From the NCBI GenBank assembly GCA_041183265.1, contig JBEGMC010000034.1, forward strand, positions 80-64,079: a stretch of DNA of 64,000 nucleotides, written 5' to 3'. Both the position numbers and the translations under genes were made by a program. This stretch comes from Bacteroidota bacterium. GTDB taxonomy: Bacteria > Bacteroidota > Bacteroidia > Chitinophagales > Chitinophagaceae. The first letter of the stretch is position 1. Each line of letters starts with the position of its first letter. This document shows positions 1 to 8,787 of the stretch, in pieces. A model generated the notes under the pieces. That model saw only the letters and a program-made list of their open reading frames with translations, had not been told where the DNA came from and searched no databases.

Positions 1-411
1 TATGTAAGCCTCCATAGAGGTTTGTTTTGCATTGGGATCCACACCTTCCAATGCAATGCCGTTTGCTTTCCATGCGTTGATGCCCCCTTCCAGGTTGATC
101 ACTTCATATCCCTGCATTCTCAATTCATCTGCAGCTGCTCCGCTTCTGCCCCCACTCAAACAGTATATATACACAGGTTTAGATTTATCAAGTGAGGCAG
201 TTCTGTCTTTGAATTCGGCTTTATTCATCCAGTTGGCTTGCAAGGAATATTTTATATGCCCACTTTTATATTCATCCGCTGTTCTCACATCCAAGATTTG
301 CGCACCTGCTTTTTGGATGGATTCATTGAATGCAGCTGGTTTGAGGGACTGTTGTCCATTTGAGCTGCAGGAAATAACAGTTAACAAGAGGAAATACAAT
401 ATGAATCTCAT
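1..411 (-). CDS. rhodanese-like domain protein (partial; C-terminus lies beyond the left window edge)
   Basis: Absent from the ORF track because no stop lies inside the window. Minus-strand translation from the ATG at 409-411 gives MRFILYFLLLTVISCSSNGQ...ILDVRTADEYKSGHI...KPVYIYCLSGGRSGAAADELRMQGYEVINLEGGINAW. It has a signal/lipobox-like N-terminus and the rhodanese active-site loop CLSGGR. The + ORF 32..439 is its antisense shadow. Confidence 0.75.
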   Translation of the reverse strand, partial: MRFILYFLLLTVISCSSNGQQSLKPAAFNESIQKAGAQILDVRTADEYKSGHIKYSLQANWMNKAEFKDRTASLDKSKPVYIYCLSGGRSGAAADELRMQGYEVINLEGGINAWKANGIALEGVDPNAKQTSMEAYI

Positions 412-425
412 GATGAATGTTTTTT

Positions 426-433
426 CAAAGTTA
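426..433 (-). promoter_or_regulatory. Bacteroidota -7 promoter box TAnnTTTG
   Basis: Minus strand reads TAACTTTG, 14 nt upstream of the rhodanese ATG (411). Confidence 0.4.
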
Positions 434-464
434 CCATAAGCTTTTCATTTCTTAACTTGCTCTC

Positions 465-1412
465 ATGTTGGAAGATAAGCTCTTGATGTTTGAAAATCGC
501 CTGAAAAAACTGATAAAAATCAGATCCAAAGAGGCTTACAGACAACAGGTAAGCTGTTACCGGTTGTATGACAGAGACCTGCCAGAATTCCCCCTGATCA
601 TCGATGTGTATGAAAACGAATTATTGGTGACTGAATACAGGAGCCAGCACAAGTTGACTTTGGATGAATACATTGCATGGCTTGATGGCAGTCTGCTTGT
701 GATAAAAAAAGTGTTCAATAAAACCGATGATCAAATCCATGTAAAGGAGCGAAAAGTGAAGGAGAATAGGCAGGACCAATATGCAAAAACGGCATCCATC
801 AAGGATTATATTGTTGTGCACGAAGGTGGACTAGAGTTTTTGGTAAACTTAACAGATTATTTGGACACGGGACTCTTCCTGGACCATCGCATTACTCGAT
901 CAATGGTACGGGAAAAGTCAAACGATAAAAAAGTGCTCAACCTCTTTTGCTACACAGGATCTTTTTCAGTTTATGCTGCAGCAGGCAATGCAAGTGAGGT
1001 GGTATCTATTGACCTTTCCAACACCTACATTGATTGGGCGAGGCGCAACATGGAATTGAATGGATTCAAGGATGAGAAATATATGTATCAGCGTGGTGAT
1101 GTGCTTCAGTTGCTCCCAAGACTGCAAGACAATTATTTTGACATCATCATTTTGGATCCACCCACTTTCAGCAACAGCAAATCCATGAAGGAGATTTTTG
1201 ATGTGCAGCAAATGCACGTTGACTTGGTCAATCTTTGTCTGGATAAATTAAGAAACGGAGGCGAGCTGATTTTTAGTACGAATGCCAGGAAATTTCAATT
1301 GGACCGAGAGGGTATTAGAGGGCGCGTACAGGAAATCACCACCGCAACAGAGCCTTTTGATTTCAAGGGAAAATTATTGAGGTGGTGTTTTAGCATTGTC
1401 AAGCAAGGCTAA
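465..1412 (+). CDS. class I SAM-dependent rRNA methyltransferase, stand-alone RlmK/RlmI-like
   Basis: 315 aa. LNLFCYTGSFSVYAA and ILDPPTFS motifs are typical of RlmI/RlmK-type methyltransferases. Confidence 0.8.
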   Translation: MLEDKLLMFENRLKKLIKIRSKEAYRQQVSCYRLYDRDLPEFPLIIDVYENELLVTEYRSQHKLTLDEYIAWLDGSLLVIKKVFNKTDDQIHVKERKVKENRQDQYAKTASIKDYIVVHEGGLEFLVNLTDYLDTGLFLDHRITRSMVREKSNDKKVLNLFCYTGSFSVYAAAGNASEVVSIDLSNTYIDWARRNMELNGFKDEKYMYQRGDVLQLLPRLQDNYFDIIILDPPTFSNSKSMKEIFDVQQMHVDLVNLCLDKLRNGGELIFSTNARKFQLDREGIRGRVQEITTATEPFDFKGKLLRWCFSIVKQG

Positions 1413-1837
1413 GAAACAATCTCAACAAGTTCTACGTCGAACACCAGGTCTTTACCGGCCAAAAAATGATTCGCATCCATCACAATGGCCTCCTCTTTGA
1501 TTTCAATGACTTCTACGGGAACAGGCTGACCATATTCATTCTGAAGATTCAGCTTCATGCCAATTTCGATGCTCATTCCCTCAGGAATATTTGATTTTGG
1601 AAAATCAATGATGGCCTCAGGATTTTTATGTCCGTATCCATTTGCAGGATCAATGTTGAGTGTTTTCTTTTCTCCGATTGCCATTCCCAACACACCTGCG
1701 TCGAAACCTGCAATCATCTGACCTGCACCCAATGTAAATTCCAACGGTGCGCGTCCCACTGAACTATCGAACTGTGAACCATCGGTTAATTTGCCTGTAT
1801 AATGTACCCTTACTACGTCACCTTTTTTCGCTTGCAT
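1409..1837 (-). CDS. FKBP-type peptidyl-prolyl cis-trans isomerase (SlyD-like)
   Basis: 142 aa. FKBP core VRVHYTGKLTDGSQFDSS and FTLGAGQMIAGFD, with an inserted flap region. Confidence 0.88.
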   Translation of the reverse strand: MQAKKGDVVRVHYTGKLTDGSQFDSSVGRAPLEFTLGAGQMIAGFDAGVLGMAIGEKKTLNIDPANGYGHKNPEAIIDFPKSNIPEGMSIEIGMKLNLQNEYGQPVPVEVIEIKEEAIVMDANHFLAGKDLVFDVELVEIVS

Positions 1838-1913
1838 AATTCCTGAATTTTTAATGTAAATAAGGACCGAAACTAACTTTAATCTTTTACTTTTAGGACA
1901 ATAATTTAGTTAA

Positions 1914-3146
1914 ATGAAGAAATTTATTTTCTATACCCTTCTTTTTATTTGTTTGCTTGGTTCAATCTTTGCCGTAGCACAAACCGATATTCAGCCCGGC
2001 GCAGCAAATGCCAATGCATATATCCATTTGCTGAAGGGAAAACAGGTTGCTGTTTTTGCCAACCAAACTTCAATGGTTGGAGAGAAGCATTTGGTTGATA
2101 TTTTGCTTGAAAATAAAATAGCTGTCAAAAAGATATTTGGTCCGGAACACGGCTTCAGGGGAGTTGCGGATGCAGGGGAGAAAGTTGGCAACTACATGGA
2201 TGCAAAAACGGGTATTCCGGTGATCTCGCTTTACGGTGCAAAACAAAAACCTTCGGCGGAAGATCTCAGCGATGTAGATCTGCTGGTATTTGACATACAG
2301 GATGTCGGGGTAAGGTTTTACACTTTTATTTCTTCGTTGCAGCATTTCATGGAAGCGGGATTTTCTCATAAAAAAGCGGTGATTGTTTTGGATAGACCCA
2401 ATCCCAATGGTCACTACATTGATGGACCTGTTTTGGATACTGCATTCAAATCATTTGTGGGCATGCAACCAGTGCCGGTTGTATATGGAATGACCATCGG
2501 CGAATATGCCAAGATGCTGGTAGGGGAGCAGTGGATTGACAAACAAGCAATGAAGGAATACCTTGACATGAAATCTTCAGGCACTGATCCGCTGATTGTC
2601 ATACCTTGTTTGCAATACAGCCGAAATAAAGAATATCCGCTTCCTATCAAGCCATCACCCAATTTACCGGATTTGACTGCTGTTTATTGGTACCCTTCCA
2701 TCTGTTTTTTTGAGGGGACTGTGCTCAGTGAGGGCAGGGGTACCTCAGCGCCGTTTCAGATATTTGGACATCCATCGCTTCCAAGTCACCTCTTTCAGTT
2801 TACACCCAAAAGTATTCCTGGTGCAACCAATCCAAAACTCAAAGATCAACTTTGTTATGGGTGGAATCTATCCGGCAGTGCAGGAGAGGCCAGAAAGAAA
2901 ATCAATGGTCAATTGCATCTTGAGTATTTGATTGAAGCATATCATTTATTTCCTGATAAAGAAAAATTCTTCATCCTTCCCAAGTCCGGTGAGACCAGGG
3001 CTGCATTTTTCAACAAACTTGCCGGTTCTGATTTAATGATGAAGCAAATACAGCAAGGAATGAGTGCAGAGGCCATCAGAAAGACATGGGAACCTGCACT
3101 TGCTTCATTTAAAAGCATTCGAAAGAAGTATTTGCTATATCAGTAA
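1914..3146 (+). CDS. DUF1343 family protein (NamZ-type exo-beta-N-acetylmuramidase family), secreted
   Basis: 410 aa. Signal peptide MKKFIFYTLLFICLLGSIFAVAQ. DUF1343 hallmarks IFGPEHGFRG, VFDIQDVGVRFYTF and LDRPNPNG. Confidence 0.82.
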   Translation: MKKFIFYTLLFICLLGSIFAVAQTDIQPGAANANAYIHLLKGKQVAVFANQTSMVGEKHLVDILLENKIAVKKIFGPEHGFRGVADAGEKVGNYMDAKTGIPVISLYGAKQKPSAEDLSDVDLLVFDIQDVGVRFYTFISSLQHFMEAGFSHKKAVIVLDRPNPNGHYIDGPVLDTAFKSFVGMQPVPVVYGMTIGEYAKMLVGEQWIDKQAMKEYLDMKSSGTDPLIVIPCLQYSRNKEYPLPIKPSPNLPDLTAVYWYPSICFFEGTVLSEGRGTSAPFQIFGHPSLPSHLFQFTPKSIPGATNPKLKDQLCYGWNLSGSAGEARKKINGQLHLEYLIEAYHLFPDKEKFFILPKSGETRAAFFNKLAGSDLMMKQIQQGMSAEAIRKTWEPALASFKSIRKKYLLYQ

Positions 3147-3154
3147 TTTTGCAC

Positions 3155-4093
3155 ATGCCTGATATCAAAAACTGCCGCATCATATTTCTTGGAACACCTG
3201 TTTTTGCGGTTGCTGTATTGGATAAGTTGGTGAAAGAAGGTTGTCAGGTTGTGGGGGTGGTTACTGCTCCAGATAAACCTGCCGGAAGAGGCATGCTAAT
3301 GTCTCAAAGTGCTGTAAAAAAATATGCTGTTGAAAATGGACTGCATGTCATGCAGCCCGTAAAATTGAAAGATCCTTCCTTTGCCGAGGAATTGAAATCA
3401 CTGCGCGCAGATGTTCAAGTTGTGGTTGCATTTAGAATGCTTCCTGAATCGGTTTGGAACATGCCTCCTTTGGGTACAATCAACCTGCATGCATCACTGC
3501 TTCCGCAGTATCGTGGAGCCGCACCTATTAATTGGGCGATCATCAATGGAGAAAAGGAAACCGGGATCACCACTTTTAAGCTACAACATGCAATCGATAC
3601 AGGCGATCTGTTGATGAAACAACCCATTGCCATTGGTGAAAAAGAAAACGCAGGATCATTGCACGACAGGATGATGGTTGCAGGTGCAGAGCTTGTGTAT
3701 ATAACATTGCAAGGGTATTGCAATGGCAGTATTCAGCCCATCGCGCAACATGATCTCATCTCGGAAGAACAATTGAAGGCAGCTCCTAAAATCAATACCC
3801 GTACCTGTGAAATTGACTGGGGCATGGGTGCAAAAAAAGTTTTCGATTTGATCAGGGGACTCTCTCCATATCCAACTGCATTTACCACACTCAATGGTAA
3901 ATCATTGAAAATTTTTGAAGCAGATTATCTACTGGAGCAACACCAAAGTCAACCAGGGCAATTCGAGACCGATGGTAAGTCCTATCTTAGGTTTTCAGCA
4001 CAGGATGGTTGGGTGTACATCAAAGAATTGCAAATGGAAGGAAAGAAGCGAATGGATGTTTCATCATTTTTAAAAGGATTTAGATTTCAATAG
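3155..4093 (+). CDS. fmt: methionyl-tRNA formyltransferase
   Basis: 312 aa from ATG 3155 (the track start 3149 is TTG). IIFLGTPVFAV N-terminus and the formyltransferase motif HASLLPQYRGAAPINWAIING. Confidence 0.92.
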   Translation: MPDIKNCRIIFLGTPVFAVAVLDKLVKEGCQVVGVVTAPDKPAGRGMLMSQSAVKKYAVENGLHVMQPVKLKDPSFAEELKSLRADVQVVVAFRMLPESVWNMPPLGTINLHASLLPQYRGAAPINWAIINGEKETGITTFKLQHAIDTGDLLMKQPIAIGEKENAGSLHDRMMVAGAELVYITLQGYCNGSIQPIAQHDLISEEQLKAAPKINTRTCEIDWGMGAKKVFDLIRGLSPYPTAFTTLNGKSLKIFEADYLLEQHQSQPGQFETDGKSYLRFSAQDGWVYIKELQMEGKKRMDVSSFLKGFRFQ

Positions 4094-4096
4094 AAT

Positions 4097-5341
4097 ATGT
4101 CAGAAGTTTCAGCTATTGTGGAAAGATTCATGCGTTATGTGAAAGTTGATACACAGAGTGATCCCGAAAGCCACACCTATCCTTCTACAGCAAAGCAAAA
4201 AGTGCTTTCAAGCTTACTCGTAGAGGAACTGAAAGCGATGGGCTGGGCTCATGTTGCGATGGATGAGTGGGGCTATGTTATTTGTACAATTCCATCCAAT
4301 TCACCCTATCCAATACCTGTCGTTTGTTTTTGTTCGCATGTGGATACTGCGCCGGATTGCAGCGGAAAGGATGTGCAGCCGCTGTTTCATTCTTCTTATG
4401 ATGGAAGAGATATTGTATTGCCCAACAATCCTGCACAAGTGATTTCAGTTGCCAATCATCCCTATTTAAAAAGTAAAATAGGAGATGATATCATCACAGC
4501 AAGCGGGAATACATTGCTGGGTGCAGACAACAAAGCTGGTGTTGCCATTATCATGGAACTGGCCCACTACCTGCAACAACATCCTTCCATACCACATGGT
4601 GAAATAAAATTATTGTTTACGCCCGATGAAGAAGTCGGCAGAGGAGTGGAACACCTGGATCTAAAAAAATTGGGCGCCGATGTCGCTTACACACTTGATG
4701 GAGGTGAATTGGGATCGCTCGAATCCGAGACTTTTTCTGCCGATGGTTTGGAATTGGAGATTCATGGTGTGATTGCTCATCCAGGTTCTGCAAAGGGCAA
4801 GCTCATCAATGCAATCAAACTTGCGGCAGAAATCATTGGTAAGCTCCCAAAGAATAAAATGGCGCCTGAATCAACAGCAGACCGAGAAGGATTTTTGCAT
4901 CCAACTGATATCAAAGGCAATGCAGAACATGCAACCATCAAATTTATTTTGCGTGATTTTGAATCCGATGCATTGCATACATATGTATCCATCATTGAGC
5001 ATGCCGCTCAAGATGTGATCCATGCGAACAAAGGCGCGAGGTATACTTTAAAGCGATTTGAACAATACCGCAACATGAAAGAAGTGTTGGACCAACATCC
5101 TAGGATTGTACAATATGCAGAGCAGGCCATGCTGAAAACGGGGATTCAACCCATCACTGTTCCGGTAAGGGGCGGCACGGATGGCTCAAGACTTTCTTTC
5201 ATGGGATTGCCTTGTCCAAACATTTTCACAGGTGAGATGGCATTGCATTCGGTGGAAGAATACGTAAGTGTGCAAGACATGGAAAAGTCTGTGAAGGTGC
5301 TGGTGGAGCTTGTTCAAATATGGGAATCATCCGCCAGGTGA
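4097..5341 (+). CDS. pepT: peptidase T (tripeptide aminopeptidase, M20B)
   Basis: 414 aa. Motifs CSHVDTAPD, GADNKAGVA, FTPDEEVG and GGTDGS. Starts 3 nt after fmt. Confidence 0.92.
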   Translation: MSEVSAIVERFMRYVKVDTQSDPESHTYPSTAKQKVLSSLLVEELKAMGWAHVAMDEWGYVICTIPSNSPYPIPVVCFCSHVDTAPDCSGKDVQPLFHSSYDGRDIVLPNNPAQVISVANHPYLKSKIGDDIITASGNTLLGADNKAGVAIIMELAHYLQQHPSIPHGEIKLLFTPDEEVGRGVEHLDLKKLGADVAYTLDGGELGSLESETFSADGLELEIHGVIAHPGSAKGKLINAIKLAAEIIGKLPKNKMAPESTADREGFLHPTDIKGNAEHATIKFILRDFESDALHTYVSIIEHAAQDVIHANKGARYTLKRFEQYRNMKEVLDQHPRIVQYAEQAMLKTGIQPITVPVRGGTDGSRLSFMGLPCPNIFTGEMALHSVEEYVSVQDMEKSVKVLVELVQIWESSAR

Positions 5342-5402
5342 ATAACTTTATGACGCCGTTAATAAAAGATTATAGAACTTTCCTCATTATCAAATCAATT
5401 GT

Positions 5403-6056
5403 ATGTCGGTATATTTTCTTCAGGTCACAAAGCAAATGAATGTGTGGAGCATGCTCCAGTCAGGTGGCGCCTTGATGATTCCATTGGGTTTGTTGTTCGT
5501 GGTTGCTTTGTTTTTCTTTTTTGAAAGATACATTGCCATTAATAAAGCGGGCAAGCTGGACGATAATTTCATGAAAATCATTCGTGACCATATTGCTTCA
5601 GGCAATATGGCAGCAGCAAGAACGACTACCAAAAATACCGACAATCCAGTTGCCCGTATCATTGACAAAGGTTTGCAGAGAATTGGAAAGCCTATCGATG
5701 CCATTGAGAGAAGCATGGAGAGTGTAGCGCGACTTGAAATGTACAATTTGGAGCGAAACCTCAGCGTGCTGAGTGTTATTTCCAGAGCTGCACCTATTTT
5801 TGGTTTTGTGGGAACGCTTGCGGGACTCATGCAGTTGTTTTTTGATATCAATACGACGGGTGAATTTGTGTTGAATACCATTGCAGGTGGGTTGTATGTA
5901 AAACTTGTAACATCGATTACCGGATTGGTCATTGGACTTTTATCATTTTTGGGATTCAGTTTTTTACATACACAGATAGATAAAACAGCCAATAAGATGG
6001 AAGTGGCTGCAGCAGATTTTTTGGATATCCTTCAAGATCCCAACAACAACGCTTAA
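5403..6056 (+). CDS. MotA/TolQ/ExbB proton-channel family protein
   Basis: 217 aa with three TM segments and the channel motif APIFGFVGTLAGLMQLF. ATG 5436 (MNVWSMLQSGG...) is an alternative start. Confidence 0.85.
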   Translation: MSVYFLQVTKQMNVWSMLQSGGALMIPLGLLFVVALFFFFERYIAINKAGKLDDNFMKIIRDHIASGNMAAARTTTKNTDNPVARIIDKGLQRIGKPIDAIERSMESVARLEMYNLERNLSVLSVISRAAPIFGFVGTLAGLMQLFFDINTTGEFVLNTIAGGLYVKLVTSITGLVIGLLSFLGFSFLHTQIDKTANKMEVAAADFLDILQDPNNNA

Positions 6057-6060
6057 GCCG

Positions 6061-6459
6061 ATGCAGATCAGAAAAAAATATACCGGCGAAGCGGAAGTAT
6101 TTACAGAAGCATTGAATGATATTCTATTTATATTGCTGATGTTTTTTTTAATTGTGTCCACGCTTGCCAATCCCAATGTAATCAAGTTGTCACAACCCAA
6201 GTCGCAGGCAGATACCAAAGCAAAACAAAACGTGGTTGTATCCATCGATGCAAACAAACAATATTACATAGGAACCACTCCTTTTCCATTTGATTCACTG
6301 TCAAATGCTTTGCAGCCAATACTTGCAAAAGAGAAAACGGATATTCCGACTGTGGTGATCAATGCTGATAAGACTGTTGAGATAGAAGCTGTGGTCAATT
6401 TGATGAAAGTGGCCAAGGGACTGGGAGCGAAAACCGTTCTATCTGTTGAAAAAGAATAA
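6061..6459 (+). CDS. ExbD/TolR biopolymer transport protein
   Basis: 132 aa. Single N-terminal TM (LNDILFILLMFFLIVSTL) plus a periplasmic ExbD/TolR-like domain. Starts 4 nt after the ExbB-like gene. Confidence 0.85.
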   Translation: MQIRKKYTGEAEVFTEALNDILFILLMFFLIVSTLANPNVIKLSQPKSQADTKAKQNVVVSIDANKQYYIGTTPFPFDSLSNALQPILAKEKTDIPTVVINADKTVEIEAVVNLMKVAKGLGAKTVLSVEKE

Positions 6460-7341
6460 TCAGAGGGAAGCACCCATCCTTTTCCCCCATACCATTCTGT
6501 CTTTTCCCTGTAAGTCCTGCTTGATCTGAACATGTTCAAATTCATTGGATTCCAGTAGCAATTTTACTTCTGATGCATGGTCCTCATGTGTTTCAAAAAA
6601 AAGTAATCCTCCTCTGAGAAGATGGTGGGAAGAGAAATCAATGATGGCTCTGTAAAATTCAAGCGGATCGGCATTGGTCACGAACAGTGCTTCTTTCGGT
6701 TCAAAGTCAATCACATTTTTTCTCATATGGGTTTTTTCCTCTGGGAGAATATATGGCGGGTTGCTGACAATGATGTTGAATGCGGGCAGGGAGTCATTTT
6801 TGGCCTCTGATAAAATATCTGCTTCCTTGAAATGAATGGATGTATTGAGCAGGGATGCATTTTCTTTTGCCAATGTTAAAGCGGACCTGCTTTTGTCAAT
6901 TGCCCATACTTCACAGCCCGGCATCGCTTTTTTCAGAGAGATCGCTATGCATCCCGACCCTGTACCGATATCGATGATGGAAAATGCGCTTTGATCTACA
7001 TCTTTAACATGATTGATTTCTTTGATGATCAGTTCAACAAGCTCCTCGGTCTCCGGTCTTGGAATCAATACCCGTTCATCTACTTTGAACTGCATTTCCT
7101 GAAACCAACAATTTCCAATAACGTATTGAATGGGTCTACCATGTTTTAATTCCTCCAACTGCTGGTTGAAAAGTATTTGCTGACTGTTGTCCAAGATAGC
7201 ATCATGATGAACCAACCTTTCTATTCTTGAGCGTCCCGTGATCGACTCCAATGCCATATCCGCAATTTGTGAAGACTCTCTGGCATCGTACATGGACAGT
7301 AAATCATGTACAAGTTGTTGGTATGCCTCTTTGATCAACAT
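6460..7341 (-). CDS. prmC: peptide chain release factor N5-glutamine methyltransferase
   Basis: SAM motif DIGTGSGCIAISL and NPPY motif (IVSNPPYI). Start set to ATG 7341 (MLIKEAY...), 4 nt downstream of a TACTTTTG box. The track start is 7359. Confidence 0.9.
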   Translation of the reverse strand: MLIKEAYQQLVHDLLSMYDARESSQIADMALESITGRSRIERLVHHDAILDNSQQILFNQQLEELKHGRPIQYVIGNCWFQEMQFKVDERVLIPRPETEELVELIIKEINHVKDVDQSAFSIIDIGTGSGCIAISLKKAMPGCEVWAIDKSRSALTLAKENASLLNTSIHFKEADILSEAKNDSLPAFNIIVSNPPYILPEEKTHMRKNVIDFEPKEALFVTNADPLEFYRAIIDFSSHHLLRGGLLFFETHEDHASEVKLLLESNEFEHVQIKQDLQGKDRMVWGKRMGASL

Positions 7342-7345
7342 CATC

Positions 7346-7353
7346 CAAAAGTA
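7346..7353 (-). promoter_or_regulatory. Bacteroidota -7 promoter box TAnnTTTG
   Basis: Minus strand reads TACTTTTG, exactly 4 nt upstream of prmC ATG 7341. Confidence 0.5.
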
Positions 7354-7360
7354 AATCATT

Positions 7361-7368
7361 TAACTTTG
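7361..7368 (+). promoter_or_regulatory. Bacteroidota -7 promoter box TAnnTTTG
   Basis: TAACTTTG, 27 nt upstream of the yigZ-like ATG 7396. Divergent from the prmC box. Confidence 0.4.
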
Positions 7369-7395
7369 GTCAGTTTGCGAAAAAATAGTTTGCCG

Positions 7396-8010
7396 ATGTC
7401 GGATCCTTTTTATTATCATTCAATAGAAAAAGCGGTCACTGCAGAGTTCAGTGACAGGGGCAGCAAGTTCATTGCTTATGCCTTTCCTGTAGCATCTGCA
7501 GAGGCATTTAAACAATGTTTGAATGATGTAAAGAAGATGCATCCCAAGGCATCCCACTATTGTTTTGCTTACCGTATTGGGCACGATGGAAATACCTACA
7601 GAGTATCTGATGCTGGAGAGCCTTCAGGATCTGCCGGGAGACCGATTTTGGGACAAATTGATGCCAGGCAACTTACCAATACCCTTGTGATTGTGGTGAG
7701 GTATTTTGGAGGGACCTTGTTAGGAGTACCCGGACTCATCAATGCCTATAAAAGCAGTGCCTCAATGGCATTGCAATTAACCCCTGTACAACGAAAGAAG
7801 ATTGAAGTCAATTACGAACTTCAATTTGATTATACCGTGATGAACGATGTGATGATGGTGATCAAAAAATATACATGCACCGTGTTGCGTCAGGAGCAAC
7901 AGCTTTTTTCTGTGTTTGATATTGGAGTTCCAGTATCAGATGAATCGGAAGTGTTACAAAAGTTGGAAGAGATTCGAGGACTAACCATTAAAAAGAAAGC
8001 GACCCTTTAG
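7396..8010 (+). CDS. YigZ / IMPACT family protein
   Basis: Motifs DRGSKFIAYAFPV, HYCFAYRIG and DAGEPSGSAGRPIL. ATG 7396 was chosen because the track start 7306 would overlap prmC. Confidence 0.85.
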   Translation: MSDPFYYHSIEKAVTAEFSDRGSKFIAYAFPVASAEAFKQCLNDVKKMHPKASHYCFAYRIGHDGNTYRVSDAGEPSGSAGRPILGQIDARQLTNTLVIVVRYFGGTLLGVPGLINAYKSSASMALQLTPVQRKKIEVNYELQFDYTVMNDVMMVIKKYTCTVLRQEQQLFSVFDIGVPVSDESEVLQKLEEIRGLTIKKKATL

Positions 8011-8020
8011 GAGTCGCTTT
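7990..8020. terminator. hairpin between convergent genes (putative terminator, best oriented for the minus-strand zinc-ribbon gene)
   Basis: Perfect 8-bp stem AAAGCGAC (7996-8003) / GTCGCTTT (8013-8020) with a 9-nt loop. On the minus strand it is followed by CTTTTT. It overlaps the yigZ-like stop codon. Confidence 0.5.
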
Positions 8021-8040
8021 GCATTCAAATCTTTTAAGCA

Positions 8041-8781
8041 TTACTGCATGTGTTCTTCATCAACCAGGATTCTTCCACAGTTTTCACAAACAATGATTTT
8101 TTTGTGCTGGCGGATTTCGCTCTGGCGTTGAGGAGGGATTGCATTGTAGCAACCGCCACATGCATCTCTCAATACTGGAACAACTGCTTTGCCGTTTCTG
8201 AAATTTTTCCTGATTCTATCGAATGAGGTCAGCAAGCGTGGGTCAACCGCAGCACGTGCTTTTTCAGAGTGGGCTCTGAATTCCTGCTCTTCTTTTTCGG
8301 TTTCGGCAATGATTTTATCCAGTTCACCTTTTTTTACTTTCAGGTTCGCCTCCTTATTGGCAATATTTTTCTTCACCACATCCAATGCACGTGCCTTGTC
8401 GGCGATTTCCTCATTGGCATCCTTGATATGTCTTTCAGCGAGTTTCACCTCAAGTGTCTGCATCTCCAATTCCTTGGTGATGGCTTCGTATTCCCTGTTA
8501 TTTTTTACGTTGTCGCTCTGTTTTTCGTATTTCTTGATCAAATCCTGTGACTGAGCAATGGCTGCTTTCTTTTGTTCGATGAAATCGTTGATTCCATTGA
8601 TTTCCTCCTCGATCCGTGTCTCTCTTGCATGCAAGCCCTGAATTTCATCTTCGAGGTCACGCACTTCAATGGGAAGTTCGCCCTTCAAAATTGCAATATC
8701 ATCCAGTTTGCTTTCAACTTTTTGAAGATTTGCGAGGGAAATGAGCTTTTCTTCTACTGAGTATTCTTTTACGGTTGCCAT
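8041..8781 (-). CDS. coiled-coil C4 zinc-ribbon protein (COG1579/DUF164 type)
   Basis: 246 aa. Long coiled coil followed by CGGC...CENCGR. Sits 6 nt downstream of the Nif3 gene, a pairing that recurs in other bacteria. Confidence 0.8.
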   Translation of the reverse strand: MATVKEYSVEEKLISLANLQKVESKLDDIAILKGELPIEVRDLEDEIQGLHARETRIEEEINGINDFIEQKKAAIAQSQDLIKKYEKQSDNVKNNREYEAITKELEMQTLEVKLAERHIKDANEEIADKARALDVVKKNIANKEANLKVKKGELDKIIAETEKEEQEFRAHSEKARAAVDPRLLTSFDRIRKNFRNGKAVVPVLRDACGGCYNAIPPQRQSEIRQHKKIIVCENCGRILVDEEHMQ

Positions 8782-8787
8782 AATGAA

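Noticed and set aside
32-439. 135-aa plus-strand ORF at the left edge.
   Set aside because: It has no recognisable family and lies exactly antisense to a well-formed rhodanese gene (1..411, minus strand), so it is a shadow ORF.
5420-5992. 190-aa minus-strand ORF.
   Set aside because: It is fully antisense to the ExbB-like gene and is low-complexity and hydrophobic, so it is a shadow ORF.
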